A DNA stretch of 63,282 nucleotides, filler included, from Octopus bimaculoides (lineage: Eukaryota), in the NCBI RefSeq assembly GCF_001194135.2. It is 4 parts of 4 records of this genome, joined end to end, with 100 filler letters (N's around TTAATTAATTAA, not from the genome) between each part and the next. Parts side by side here need not be neighbours in the genome. Positions count along the whole stretch, not along the records: positions 21,043 to 48,734 come from NC_068989.1; positions 48,835 to 57,079 come from NC_068981.1; 2 more parts are not named here. One strand, written 5' to 3'. Positions 39,952-54,695 of this stretch are shown piece by piece. Made by a program: the position numbers and the translations under genes. A model generated the notes under the pieces. That model worked only from the letters and a program-made list of their open reading frames with translations. It did not search any database and had not been told where the DNA came from. Position 1 is the stretch's first letter; the number at the start of each line of letters is the position of its first letter.

Positions 39952-42900
39952 CTAAATGTCAACGATTAGCGACCGTTAGGCTAGGACTAGATCTGCTCTC
40001 CTTTTGACACAGTATGAAGTATTTCTCTGCTCACGCCACAGTGAACAAACTTAGTAGGAGACTCGATACAGACAGTTTCCCGTACATATCAGATACCACA
40101 AAGTAATGACAATTTCTTGTTCATGATGGAGGTGAGTTTCAAAATGTACGAAGGTGCCGCAAGTAAGTCAACAAATTACTGTGAAATTTCTTAACTTCAA
40201 TATGAGAATAAAGAAAAAGCATAAAGATTTCTGTGTGAAAAATATCTATAAATAGTGTCACAAGTCAGCTATTATCGAGTAAAACCAAAATCAGAAAGTG
40301 TTGTATTCTTTATTGTAACCTCATTTTTTATCAAGCCACATAATACAATATGGCCGCGCACCCATTTTTGACGAGAATGTTTGTTATTTATGCCTAACTG
40401 GAAACAATCCCTAGCTAGTGTGACTTATAATCATAAGTTCTTCACCCTTTCAAAGTATTTTGTTTCTTTTAAAAACTGATGCAAACCGGTTTCCAATGCG
40501 CGCTTTCCTAAGACGGCAAGCTGTGGTGTGAGGACTATGTGATATTATATCTAGCTGGCGCTTCTTATTTCGGTGAGTAAAGATTGGTCAGAAACTTTAC
40601 TTAGACAGGGTATATGAACATATCTAATGGCAGAAGGCACATCACTCATCCGCAGCCCTTTTTCAGAAAGATACACTTATACACTTAACAAAATTTTAAG
40701 TACTATAATTCAATCCTCGCTAACGCTGACATTAATTTCCCTCTGTTTGAGACCAAGAAAATAATTTCAAAAGATATAAAGGATTTCATGTCAATCAAAT
40801 ATCACCTCGTGCCTAACAAAAAGAAAATTAATCTTCTATCGTGTCTTTTTCTCCTAAATCAATGATAGTTATGAAAAAATATATATATTGAGTAATTGAA
40901 AACAAATATCGAAGCGAAAAAATAGACATTTTAAAAAGTATATTAAATTATTTCTTCATTATATACCTACATATACATATAGATACATACATGCACACAT
41001 ACACATATATTCTTACATACATACATACATACATACATACATTCAAACATAATTACACACACACACACACACATTCACACACACGTATATATATATCTAT
41101 CTATCTATATATATANNNNNNNNNNNNNNNNNNNNNNNNNNNNNTATAGTTATAGTGGAATGTCCGTGTCTCTGTATTGCATTTCCAAGAAGGATATTGA
41201 ATATCGTATTTGAAAAAACTTCTATTTTTTCTTCACTGCTTAACTATTTTTGAAGGTTGAATCTAATAAAATAAATTGAAACATCTTTGAAGAAGAAAAT
41301 GTAAAACCAAAATAAAATCTACAATGGATTAATGCTATAAACTATATCAAAGTATAACATGAAAGAAATTCTTGAACTAAACGTATTGAGAAAGTAAAAG
41401 GAATTATTTTATTTCTGTATTCAGTGGGGGAAAAAACTAGGATAAAAATCAAATGAAAGCAAAACTTTTCATATTTTGATATAAATGAAAGAACGGAGAA
41501 TAAAGAAGAGAGAAATATGAAAAAAAGCAGTGTCTTTTACTTGATATTAATGCTTTCATTTTACTATTTTTCATTGATATATATTTATTGTTTCTTTGGA
41601 ATGTGGTGTGCCGGAGCAAAGATATTCCACTTTTAGATTATATTCTACGTACTAGGTTACATATGATGTCAGAATGACTCTTTTCTCTTTGTTAAGTCGA
41701 TATTCCAGGAATACACGCGTGGTTTTATAGTATATATTAAATGCGCTGTTGATATTTATTGATAGGCGAAAACAATAGTCGAGAATCAATGTAATTATTG
41801 TCTTCAAACTTTGTATTTCCTTAAATATTGTAATGTGCTATTTTATGTGTCTGCGGAAGTTCCATATGAAAGCCCACAGTCAAACATCTGATGGATTTGA
41901 GATTAATGATCTCAGTTAGTATTTATAATGTTTTGTTGGATTCCCCTCGTAATTTTCAGTTGGGTGTCGTAATGTGTAACACTGATACAAGAGTGGACTA
42001 GAATCCCTAAAACAACATTTTGCATAAAATAACCAGATGTATTATCAGATCCAGTATTGAGTCCACTTTGTAAAGTAACCTTTTAGGTAGCTTATGCTTC
42101 ATTGAAATGTCACGATCATTAGCTTGAACACTCACAATGCATGTTTGGTTCTCTATCTGCAACAGTGATAATTCTGATAAGTCTTCAGGCATACGTGAAG
42201 AAAATACTCATATATTTGCTATACGCAATGTAATTTTTATACATTCTATAACATTTCGTCTGTTGAAAGATGAAGAAGTTTGCAGAGGCTCCTATGTATT
42301 AGATTTTTCAATTCATTTAATGACAATACAAAGTTATATTTCTACTGTGTCATAGCTGATAATTAGAATCTTAGAAAATTAATGAGAAACTGCACCAATA
42401 AATAATAAATACACAAGTTTGACCCGAGGAAGAGTGACATTTTAGGCAGTTTTCGTTACAAAAGTTCAAAGTTAGACGCTGTATATCGCTAAAATCGCTT
42501 CTCTTTACCAATATTAATACAGATAGTATCTTTCTTAGTCATCATTTACACTGGTCTTCATTTATTATCTAAGAATAGTTTATGCTTTATGTCAAAGATT
42601 TGTTTGGTATATATATTAGTTAATAAACCCTATGGCATACACCTGGTGGTTTGCTGGTAAAGCACGTTCAGTGTCACTGTTCGTTGGGTATTTGATTAAT
42701 GGGAAAGACGGAATATGGAAGATACGAGCATCTTTATTGATCATTGCAAATATTTCGATCTACCTAGCATCGGTACCTCGTGCGTGAGATTCTAAATATC
42801 AGGTTTAGGTGTATCCCTCGGTGCAGATATGTCTCCTCAAGTGATTTCAAATATTATCTCTTTAAAATAAACTGCTTTACGCCAGATTTCTTCTTGATCT

Positions 42901-44649
42901 TCGAATATAGAAGTGGCAAATTAAGGTACACAACCTCATTCTTATAGAAAATCAATAACAAATGTCAGATCCAAAATGAAAGAAATACACAATACGGTGA
43001 AAATAGTATAAAATGTTCAGAATTCCACCCGTGAGGGGTCGATGCCAAATGGGCCAAAGCCATTGTAGTGATCAATAAAAATTCTCGTATCTCACTCATT
43101 AANNNNNNNNNNNNNNNNNNNNNNNNNNNNNNNNNNNNNNNNNNNNNNNNNNNNNNNNNNNNNNNNNNNNNNNNNNNNNNNNNNNNNNNNNNNNNNNNNN
43201 NNNNNNNNNNNNNNNNNNNNNNNNNNNNNNNNNNNNNNNNNNNNNNNNNNNNNNNNNNNNNNNNNNNNNNNNNNNNNNNNNNNNNNNNNNNNNNNNNNNN
43301 NNNNNNNNNNNNNNNNNNNNNNNNNNNNNNNNNNNNNNNNNNNNNNNNNNNNNNNNNNNNNNNNNNNNNNNNNNNNNNNNNNNNNNNNNNNNNNNNNNNN
43401 NNNNNNNNNNNNNNNNNNNNNNNNNNNNNNNNNNNNNNNNNNNNNNNNNNNNNNNNNNNNNNNNNNNNNNNNNNNNNNNNNNNNNNNNNNNNNNNNNNNN
43501 NNNNNNNNNNNNNNNNNNNNNNNCTCGTGGAGATGAGGTGTGACTGAAAATCAGCGCCATGGATCGCACGGGAATAACCGGCAATATAGCAACAATAGTG
43601 AGTGTAGCAACGCACTGCAACAGCATATTCCCCCATACCTAATCTGAATTCTCTGTCACATACATTGCAAATATCTCGCGACATAGAACATTTACTGCGG
43701 TATTTCTTATGGTTATGCAGTTTCCAAAACCGCAATACATACATACATTGATGCATACATACATACATACATACATACATACATACATACATGCATACAT
43801 GCATACATGCATACATACATACATACACACATACATACATACATACAAATATATATATATATTTGGGGAGCAAGCGATAACCGTCCAAAGCCGGTGAGAA
43901 TACTAAATGCGCATTTCTGCACTTTTGCTTGTTGTCAGTAATATGAACTTACAGCCAACTGTATACTAAGTATGACACCATTGGCAGAAGAACGGTGAGA
44001 AAACATTTTGACATAGCCAAAGCTAGCAGGCTAGTAATTAATTCTAGGTAAAATTCTAACTGTCTTTGATTTTATTTGTCTCTTATCTAGTGGTTACAGT
44101 ATAAGGGGGTAATCATTTCTAAGGAAAGGGAAGGTGTAAGCATTATACATGGATATGCTTATAAAGGTTTCTCTGGTCAGAGTGGCAACACTATTTTAGG
44201 TTGGGTCTTTTTAACTGCTATCATAATGTTAGGGAGTTAAACATTTAAGCATTTAATATATTTTTTAGTATTTATTATATTTTCATTGTTATAATCATCA
44301 TCTTTCTTCTTAGTATTTTATTGTTATTATCATTTATAACGATCATTTTCATAATTTCTATTCTTATTGTCCTTATTTTTTGTGATTATTAACAAAGTCG
44401 TGAGCATTGGCTTCCTATCTAGCTTTGAACAACAGAGCTCTTAATTTTCGGCATCCACTTTTACTGATAGTTAATTATAATGTTTACTTATATATCTATT
44501 TTACCATTTACGCAGTCCTATGTGTTTGATGCACTATTTAACTTATCTACACTTTTATTATGCAGTGAATTGAAAACCTCCATATATAGCCAGACTGACC
44601 CGTGTATCGTTATACCTTTATGAATGCAAGTGTGAAGTTGCGAGAGCAT

Positions 44650-45697
44650 TCATTGTTGCGAACCGGTCAGCAAAGCGGCGTCCCGTTTGACCGATATGCA
44701 GAGACGGACAGAGAGAGCAGTAGATGCAGTAAATGACGTTCCTAGAAGTGCAGGTGAAGGAGTCAGTGATATGATAGGGTCGATGATGGATGCCTGTGAG
44801 GGTGGTGGTGTTGGAGAGATAGGGGCAAGTGCGTCAGCGTGGGCGGGAACAAGGAAACGAGCCGGGTTGGGAGGTGAGGTTACGGAAGAAACTATGGGCC
44901 AGGAAGACAAGTAGGTTGTGGGCTCGTTTGAAGGAGGGCAGGAGTAGGTTAGGGAAGATGTGTGAAGTGGAGAGGATAGAGTGGACTCGCCCGAAACATC
45001 GGAGAATAGTGCGTTGGGAAGGTAGGGTGGAGAGGTAGTAGGTGAGGTGAAACGGGAGACAGGTGTCCGTGGGGCGAGTGCGGGGAGAGAGAGCAGATGC
45101 ATGGTCCACAGAACGTGCTCTGGCAAGGGCGGTGTGAGTAATGGTGAGGAGATATCCAGGATGAGGTGGCGAGCCATTAGTCGAAACTGAGCCTTAAAGT
45201 CATGGTTGCCATTGCAGAGCTGCACAGACGGGGGAATTGAGACTAGGGGATGGAGAGTTTGGTGTGTTTAAGGTGGGAGAAGAAGTTGAGGTATGAGTGC
45301 GAGTCGGTGTGTTTGTAGTGGATGGAGCTGGTAAGAGTGGAGTAATGAATGCTGACCGAAATGTCGAGAAAGGCGATGGAAGTATTGGAAATTGTGCAGG
45401 AGAATTCGAGGGTAGGATGGAAAGATTTGACAAAAGAGAGGAGGCAGTCTAGTTGTTCGCGGTAGAGCGAGGTCGCACCGATACAGTCGTCAATATAATG
45501 ACCGTATAGTTCGGGAGTGGGACCAGTGATTGTTGAGAATATTTGGGTCTCAACGTAGCCAACGAACAGGTTCGCATAGTTGTGGATAATTCTCGTTCTC
45601 ATGGCCACTTCCGATCCGTGTTGGTAAAAATCACTCGCGAACGAGAAGCAGTTAAGGGAGAGGACAAGTTCGGCCAGACGAAGAAGTGTGGATGTGT

Positions 45698-45700
<3 letters not shown>
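44650..45700 (-). pseudogene. Neptune-type Penelope-like element RT and GIY-YIG fragment
   Basis: LAELVLSLNCFSF..VAMRT...NYANLFVG..YGHYIDDCIG..FLDISV..HYKHTDSHSYLNF, then PGSFPCSRPR*RTCP and SFTCTSRNVIYCIYCSLCPSLHIGQTGRRFADRF (Cys linker plus GIY-YIG). Confidence 0.88.
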
Positions 45701-45739
<39 letters not shown>

Positions 45740-45888
45740 NNNNNNNNNNNNNNNNNNNNNNNNNNNNNNNNNNNNNNNNNNNNNNNNNNNNNNNNNNNNN
45801 NNNNNNNNNNNNNNNNNNNNNNNNNNNNNNNNNNNNNNNNNNNNNNNNNNNNNNNNNNNNNNNNNNNNNNNNNNNNNNNNNNNNNNNN

Positions 45889-45933
<45 letters not shown>

Positions 45934-46037
45934 TATTTTCGTTGAGAAATTCGTTTCTCACTTAAATGATCACTTAAATACTCGACCCCATGAATGTTAT
46001 CCACCCAAAATTCGAACCACCATATCTATGTATGTAA

Positions 46038-46099
<62 letters not shown>

Positions 46100-46832
46100 T
46101 TGTCTGTCTGTCTATATACATAAATTATGAGTGCAACAGTGCGCGTGTGTGCAGAAGGCTTTCAGGTAGAATTCATATGTAATCTGAAGCCGTCACCTAT
46201 TTGCGCACGTTTCAAATTAGATTTACTGGGTACGAATATTTGTTCTTGTGTTCAACTCAAACCATTACAAAATTATAAGTAGTTTAGTCAACCATACTAA
46301 AGCAGGAATGCTCTAGCGAATTCGGCATGAGAGACCATCACACGCAGAAAGCACCGCACACACATCAAGATATACATGCACATCTTATATTGACATGCAA
46401 GCATATAATTAAATAAGTATATGCGTAAACACCTGCTGATTGTTTTAACACATTCATACGTACTTAACCGCCACAACAGAACTTTGCAGAACCTAGAATT
46501 TCACAGAATGGACTTGATTAATTGGAATTTTGCACTGATAAGTTATTTATAGAACTGTGAAAATTAGTACAACATTCCAGATGTTTCCTTAAATAAACTC
46601 GTTACATGGCACTATACAAACCTAAATAGATATGAACACATACTCTCATACATATGTACATACATATATACGTACATAGGTAAGTCTACATGAAAACAAA
46701 CACACCCACACATATACGTGCATATGTGTATGTATATGTATACACACCGACAAACACACACATATGTATATATATATTTCTTTATTAGTTTCAACTAGAG
46801 GCAGGGCCATGCTGGAGCATCAAGTCTCAGTG

Positions 46833-46896
<64 letters not shown>

Positions 46897-47889
46897 ATAC
46901 ACATGTTTATACATACTTACAAATACATACACATATACAAACATACACACGCCCGCACACACATAGATACATACATATCTATCTATCTATCCATCCATCC
47001 ATCCATCCATCCATCTATAAATGTAGATTCTATTGCAATATGATGTCGTTGCAAAAGCAATACACAGTGCTACAGAGGGAAAACTGGGATAAAGATAGAA
47101 ACACAACTGTTACGGAATTTATTCATCCCCACACAAATATAAAATATTAGTGGAAACTTATCGTCAAAACACCTGCGATCGTAACAGGTTTTTTATGTTG
47201 TATGTGGAATCCAAAATGAAATAAATAACGGATAGTCGTTGAACTTAGCTGCTTTGCTTTTCTGAATATTTCTTCTAAAATAAACGAGAGGAGTAATGCC
47301 GGTGGACAGCTTCTCTAACTCCATTAAAAGTGCATATAAGCAAAAATAAGTATTTGTGTCCTTTATCATGTTAGTAAATAGTCAGTGGGTTGCATTAAAA
47401 TTCGGTGTACGCAAATGAAGGGGTATTAAATTTATATTACCATCTTAAATATCAGTGAATGTATGACACGCTCTTGCGATAAAGTAGGCGACAATTTACA
47501 TCTAAGCGTGTGTTTGCGAGACCACGAAACGCATATGGTGATCTCACTAACTGCTAGCAATACGACTTTATAAAGTATCTTTCTACACACCACTCCCATA
47601 GGAAATCTTATCTAGTAGAATTGTCTCGTCAGTACCTTACCTGTCAAAGGAGTATGTACCCAAAGTATAATAGACAAATGTCACTCTCTCACTCTCATTC
47701 TCTCTCACTCTCACCCCCCTCTCTCTCTCTCTCCCTCTCTCTCTTTCTCTCTCACACAAATACACACACACATATACGTAAATGTCGAACGATGAAATGA
47801 GATTTGAACACCGTATTGGTGCATATATAATTTTTTTTTATTTGTGAATTAAATTATATAATATTATACGACATATCAGAGCACACTCG

Positions 47890-48560
47890 AATCTTACCCG
47901 ATGGATGTGCAGTAGTGCAACTATTAAATGGTTTACGAAAATAGAAGATAAGCCCAAATACAAATTCATACAATTCGACATCGTAGAGTCCTACTCCTCG
48001 ATCTCCAAAAGCTTGCTTCAGAAGGAACTAGAATTAAGTAAAACATTCGTCATTATAACAAAAAACCGATATAGACATAATTGTGAACGCAAGGAAGTCA
48101 TTACACTTTCGTGATAATTCCTACTGAGTAAAAATGTATGGAGACGAATTATTTGACGTGGCAATGGGGAACTATGACGGTGCAGAGATAACTGATCTTG
48201 TAGGCCTTTATATCCTTGATACCCTTAAAAAAGAAATAAAAGAAGCTAACAGATTTATTTAGCGATGATGGCCTGGGAGTAGTACACAATAAAAACGGAC
48301 ATGATATGAATAGAATAAGGAAAAAATTATGCAAAATGTTTGGCCAATTAGGCCTAAGAACCACAATTAGTAGACACCATAAAGAAGTCAACTTCCTAGA
48401 CATTAACCTGAATCTTAACAGTAAAGTTCGAACTCTGTATTACTGAAAAATTAAACATTATACAATCAACAGATAACATCTTGAACATTAGGAATGAAAG
48501 CTTCTCTCCCTGCGTACAAAAGCAATATTTTGCACTCAAATATTTCAAAGAAGATTCCCA
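47890..48560 (+). pseudogene. Third PLE lineage RT fragment (RDD-type motif) fused to an endonuclease C-terminus
   Basis: IKWFTKIEDKPKYKFIQFDIVESYSSIS..FDVAMGNYDGAEITDLVGLYIL..DDGL..VNFLDINLNLN, then directly ELCITEKLNII..ILNIRNE...C. Naiad-like affinity is inference. Confidence 0.75.
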
Positions 48561-48887
48561 CCCCTATAAACCAGAGTAATCCTACCAGGTTAGCTCCTTT
48601 CCTAAACGTGAACACACATAGCTCTCAAACTTCACACAGTGAATATGCCCCAAAGACGTACAACTTCAACATACAAGTAGAAGAACAACCATACCCAAAA
48701 CGGAAATAAATAACGAAGAAATTAATATATATATNNNNNNNNNNNNNNNNNNNNNNNNNNNNNNNNNNNNNNNNNNNNTTAATTAATTAANNNNNNNNNN
48801 NNNNNNNNNNNNNNNNNNNNNNNNNNNNNNNNNNTATATATATATATATAGATAGATAGATAGATAGATAGATATATATATATGTAT

Positions 48888-48951
<64 letters not shown>

Positions 48952-48967
48952 GTAGATAGATAGATAT

Positions 48968-49002
<35 letters not shown>

Positions 49003-49111
49003 CATGTATAATAACACATATGTGAGTGTGTATACTTGCACATAATCCGAATGCATTTGCAAGCACTTACGATATATGTATGTGCTTGAAGTTGAGTCGG
49101 TGTCGCCGCAA

Positions 49112-49142
49112 CAGCAGCACAGCAGAAATAACAGCAGCATCG

Positions 49143-49195
<53 letters not shown>

Positions 49196-49246
49196 GGTAG
49201 TAGTAGTAGCGGCAGCAGCAGCAGCAGTAGTAGCAGCAGCAGTAGC

Positions 49247-49303
<57 letters not shown>
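49112..49303. repeat. (GCA)n/(GTA)n compound microsatellite
   Basis: Trinucleotide runs; source of the poly-S/V/L/Y ORFs. Confidence 0.97.
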
Positions 49304-49304
<1 letters not shown>

Positions 49305-50145
49305 TGACTTGATGCATGTGCATGTGAGCGTTTGGGTACAATTCACTGAACAAATAGGATATATTAGATTCTAAGACATGTTGCATTTTAAACATGAATG
49401 AACAAAGGAAATTTGAGTTTAAAAAAGAACGAAAACAATAGCATAGGAGATCTATAGAACTCAAGATAAAGCCGAAGAGAAAATATCTGACAGGTATTTT
49501 GGAAGACAAGAGAGAAGATTTATTGAAGGGAAGATTAAATCTGAAAAAAAAAGAATAAAAAGAAAAGAGAAATTTCGAAATAAGAAATGAAATATATATC
49601 AGATAGTTGAATTAGACGGGGTAAAATTGCAGAAGTAATGAAGGCGAATAGGAAACATATATAAAGTGAGAGAAACGAGGAAAGTCGCATTGCAAAATAG
49701 AAGGTAGTTATAGGATGAGAAAGGAAATATTTGCGAAAGCTCAGATGTTGAAATTCAAAAGCAGAGAATAGAGGATGAGGCAGATGGCAACAAAGATAGT
49801 GTAGGGTTAGAATACCTAAGCTCTCTGTATAAAACAAAGCAAAGAAAGAAAGATAGAGTTAAAATTTATATAGATAGAAAGACAGATAGATGTAATTCTT
49901 TAAGTAAAGTAGTATTGCTAGTAACTTTGACGTTTCAGCCAGATAAGCTACCATTCAATGATGATTCATAATTCCAAAACACACGGATATAAACGTGCGC
50001 ACACAATCATACACATATATGTATAGGTATGAAAATGAGGGTGTATGTGAATGTATGCATGCATACAAACACACTGTCTCATATACATACATATATATGT
50101 ATATGTGTATAAATATATACACACTTATATATGCATGCATATACA

Positions 50146-50198
<53 letters not shown>

Positions 50199-50507
50199 NN
50201 NNNNNNNNNNNNNNNNNNNNNNNNNNNNNNNNNNNNNNNNNNNNNNNNNNNNNNNNNNNNNNNNNNNNNNNNNNNNNNNNNNNNNNNNNNNNNNNNNNNN
50301 NNNNNNNNNNNNNNNNNNNNNNNNNNNNNNNNNNNNNNNNNNNNNNNNNNNNNNNNNNNNNNNNNNNNNNNNNNNNNNNNNNNNNNNNNNNNATAGACAC
50401 ACACACACACATGGTTCACTTTATGTTTAGTAATACAAACATTTACATCAGTCTGAGCTATTGCTCTCGACTAAAATATACATACAGGGAGTTTTGGGAG
50501 TGTTAAA

Positions 50508-50575
<68 letters not shown>

Positions 50576-51045
50576 TAGATAAAGAAAGAGAAAGATAAAG
50601 AAAGTGAGACACACAGCATGAGATAGAACGTGAGAAGTTTACATAAAATGAATGTGGACATGGTAGGAACATAATAGAAAGCAAACGATGTCGTAACGAT
50701 ATCAGAATGCGAGATTACAGCAAACGAGAAAGGAATTAAAAAAAATGGATTACGGAGGTGTAAATCATTGAGGAAAAAAATTCAAAATATTTAGCACAAG
50801 TCATACTACTTTTTGCGTAAAATAGTCAATATATTTGAGTTTGTATATGTATATATATATATATATATACATGTGTCTGTGTGAGCAGAGTTAGCGGTTA
50901 TAATAACTGACTGAGGGATAAAATATCGTATATACTATCAGTATCCGTTACTGATGTTATCTCTGGGCATGCGAGTACAGGCACATTATGTTCGTAGAGT
51001 ACATTCAACCACAGAATAAACAAAAGTTTATTAGGAAACAAATAT

Positions 51046-52443
51046 AAATAATCAGAAAATGGAGAAAACATTAGATCAACATGCACATCAATTTGACCAA
51101 ATTTGTAGCTCATTTAATGCAAAATAAGCATAACTTTTATGCGACATAACAAATCTAACAGCCGTTTCTGCATCCAGTGCCGATCCATGTTTGCAGATCA
51201 TTGCAAAAAAAAAATCCTTTATCTTCACAGGACATTTGAATCAGGGCACGGGTTTCGTCGGTGTAAAACAAAAGCATCCAAAATAAACAAATGGAACAAG
51301 GGCCAGGAAAGAAAACACGGCCAAGAAAACAAGTCTGGAAGCCCAAAATATTAAAAGCATATAACCTACCATCTCATGGCTGTGAAGTTCGTAGGTAAGA
51401 GAGTGAACTAGTACTGGTCTAGGGAGTAAAAACAAAAACATTATGGGTAATACCAATATAAGAGGGAACCAAGATATTTTAAATGTTTTGAAAAGAGATT
51501 ATCAAGAAAATAATAACACCAGGAAACTTACTAACATTACTGTCAATGCGCATTACCTATACTAACGAACAAACTCAAGTTAGAATGTATCCAAATCATT
51601 ACCAGAGGGTGCTTTAGATAGTGTACACACAAAAATATTACAGAGAACATCGCCTGTTGTCCACAATGAGACAGGTTAAATGCAACGATCTCTGCAATTG
51701 GTCGATTATGTTTGGATCGAGGGCATAAGATAAAACCATTACAATGGATATGTAAATAAAGATAAAATAAATAAGAAAATAAGTAAACGATTTGTGGGAG
51801 CGGACAATGATATAATTGGCACGGGGCCGCTGAAGTACTTTTGCAGCTTTTGAGAAAAACTGTTAAAAGGACACGAGTCTAGAACTATATGGTCATGTGC
51901 AATTACGTTCAGGTTAACACATCCGGTAACCACATTGCATATATACCCTATAGACCAAATCCACTAGTACCGTATTATACTTATCCTTATGACTATTGAA
52001 TATGTTCACATTCCATGAGAAATAGGAAATACTTTTGCTAATGCCTAATACGAAAGCCCTTTTTACTGATTGTGGATCGTTACATTTATAGTTTATATTC
52101 TTTAAGTTAGAGATAGGTTTCATATAAGGTTGGTATATACTCATATTTAAATTACAGTTAACATCTGAGTAATTGATAGTATAGTTTTCATTCTCATTTA
52201 GATGCTTTTGTTTTACTATGCTGAAGCACCGTGACCTGATTCAAATACACTTTGAAGATGAGGTATTTTATTTTCGCAATTATTTGTAAATATTGATCGG
52301 CACTGGATGTGGAAAGGGCCGTAAGATTTGTTATGTCACATAAATGTTAGCCGAAGCCATGTTTTGTATTGAATAATAAGCTATAAATGTTGTCCAATTG
52401 ATGTGCCTGTTGATCTGACGTTTTCTCCATTTTCTGATTATTT
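51046..52443. repeat. ~85-bp imperfect inverted repeat pair (51046-51130 and 52357-52443)
   Basis: AAATAATCAGAAAATGGAGAAAACATTAGATCAACATGCACATCAATT versus AATTGATGTGCCTGTTGATCTGACGTTTTCTCCATTTTCTGATTATTT. Confidence 0.7.
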
Positions 52444-52492
52444 ACACACACACATACACACACACACACACACATATATACTTATATTTATA

Positions 52493-52523
<31 letters not shown>

Positions 52524-52976
52524 NNNNNNNNNNNNNNNNNNNNNNNNNNNNNNNNNNNNNNNNNNNNNNNNNNNNNNNNNNNNNNNNNNNNNNNNNNNNN
52601 NNNNNNNNNNNNNNNNNNNNNNNNNNNNNNNNNNNNNNNNNNNNNNNNNNNNNNNNNNNNNNNNNNNNNNNNNNNNNNNNNNNNNNNNNNNNNNNNNNNN
52701 NNNNNNNNNNNNNNNNNNNNNNNNNNNNNNNNNNNNNNNNNNNNNNNNNNNNNNNNNNNNNNNNNNNNNNNNNNNNNNNNNNNNNNNNNNNNNNNNNNNN
52801 NNNNNNNNNNNNNNNNNNNNNNNNNNNNNNNNNNNNNNNNNNNNNNNNNNNNNNNNNNNNNNNNNNNNNNNNNNNNNNNNNNNNNNNNNNNNNNNNNNNN
52901 NNNNNNNNNNNNNNNNNNNNNNNNNNNNNNNNNNNNNNNNNNNNNNNNNNNNNNNNNNNNNNNNNNNNNNNNNNNN

Positions 52977-53014
<38 letters not shown>

Positions 53015-53096
53015 ATATCATGTTGTCTATATATGTCTACATATATATGCAAGAAATGTATATGCATTTAAATGAACAATGTAATGGAAATGTTTA

Positions 53097-53097
<1 letters not shown>

Positions 53098-53184
<87 letters not shown>

Positions 53185-53199
53185 CATTATTATTATTAT
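53098..53199. repeat. (TTA)n microsatellite
   Basis: Near-perfect TTA run. Confidence 0.98.
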
Positions 53200-54695
53200 T
53201 GAATAATGTGACAGTTACTGATCTCAACAAAAAAATTAATGATTAAATAGCATATAGAAACACCTAACATGAAGATTTGCTTGAGATAAAAGCTTTATAC
53301 TGAAAGATTTACATCTAATCTATATTTTCTTACATAATTTGTTCAGCACTCCGTCGATTATGGAGAAAGGAAGGGTCATCAAGAGCGAGAGTGGAGAGAG
53401 TAATATGCATTGTGTCTTTACCTACATCACCTTCTAGAAGCCGGTGATGCGAGAAAAATCTATTGTAATTGTTGTGATTTGCTCGTACAATTACTACAAC
53501 AAATTATTTCTATAACTGAATTTCAGATGCAGTATTCAGTGTTAATTTCAGTGATTTTTTTGCATACTCGATACAATCTTTGCAAGAAAAGAAAGCGTAT
53601 ATGCGATATAAATATTTCGATTTTTTCATCTCTTCCTTTTCCCTCAACATAGCGTATATAAGCAAGTAAAATTATGTAACCGCTATTTTTGGCATGTCTA
53701 CACATGAAGAACCACAAATTTCTATGATAATATTTTTAAGTTGATCTTAGACTTTGCTATAGTTATACATCATCAACTTATTGACATCAATCCAATATTT
53801 CTTTTTTTTTTTCTTGCTTACATTCATTGTGCTAACCATAATGAATTCCTAGAAAAGAGCTCTTTTCCTTGAAACTGCGATGTATATTTTAGAATTAGAA
53901 CCCAGTTCACTAAATGATTTTTGAATTTCATTTAAATGCTAATTTCAGTCTATTGAACCCTATGTAAAGTATCGTTTAGTCAAATTTGTGTAATATGTCT
54001 TATTGATGTATTGATGTTCTCCGTAAATGAAACGTTATACTCAACAGTGCATACAAACAATTCAATCTATATACGCCATTTTTCTGTTCCTAGAGTTCAT
54101 TCGCCTAGGCAAACATTTATAAAGTACTTTATGAGCATTATATTGACAGATAATATACAAGTCTTTAAACTTTTGCAGCCAAATAATTGGCAGCAAGCAA
54201 AACAGGAAACATAGACAAACTGTAAACCTGCAGGTCTCGAGTGTGAGTGCCCGCTCAAACGATTGTAAATCGACGTGGAAATGCACATGTGTATGTGCGT
54301 GGGTCTTCGTGCGTGTGGACTGAGCAAGACTAATTTTTAGCGCATAGCTCTGTTGCACGCAGACTAAGATTTCACCAGAGATGTAAGCAATGAGGTTCAT
54401 GTTTCTTGTCGGTAGTCAGAAAAGAATTATCCTCAGAATATTCCATCTCTTGCAATACTGCTTACAAAAGTGATATGAGACCTGGTATGGCTGTGACTCT
54501 GATGAACTTTGAACAAGTAAATTCTTACGAGCTGGTTGATCACTAATTACTAGTAGCCTTCATCACTGGAACCGATTTTGCACTCGGTTTCAGGAAAAGC
54601 ACTGCGAAAATCTGTAGTGCCCGGTGTACGGAGGTTAGCGTAAATGATTTCCTATTGGAACACTTCAGTAACACGTATTCAATTCATGAACTTAC

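Noticed and set aside
40345-40580. Possible promoter or first exon (ATGGCCGC YY1-like motif, CCAAT boxes, CG|GTGAGT donor)
   Set aside because: Short motifs expected by chance in 63 kb; no independent support.
53347-53437. Peptide MEKGRVIKSESGESNMH resembling the myosin motor motif LEKSRV...GERNFH, after an acceptor-like site
   Set aside because: In-frame stop at 53435-37, no good donor and no other myosin exons seen; probably chance. A tblastn search would settle it.
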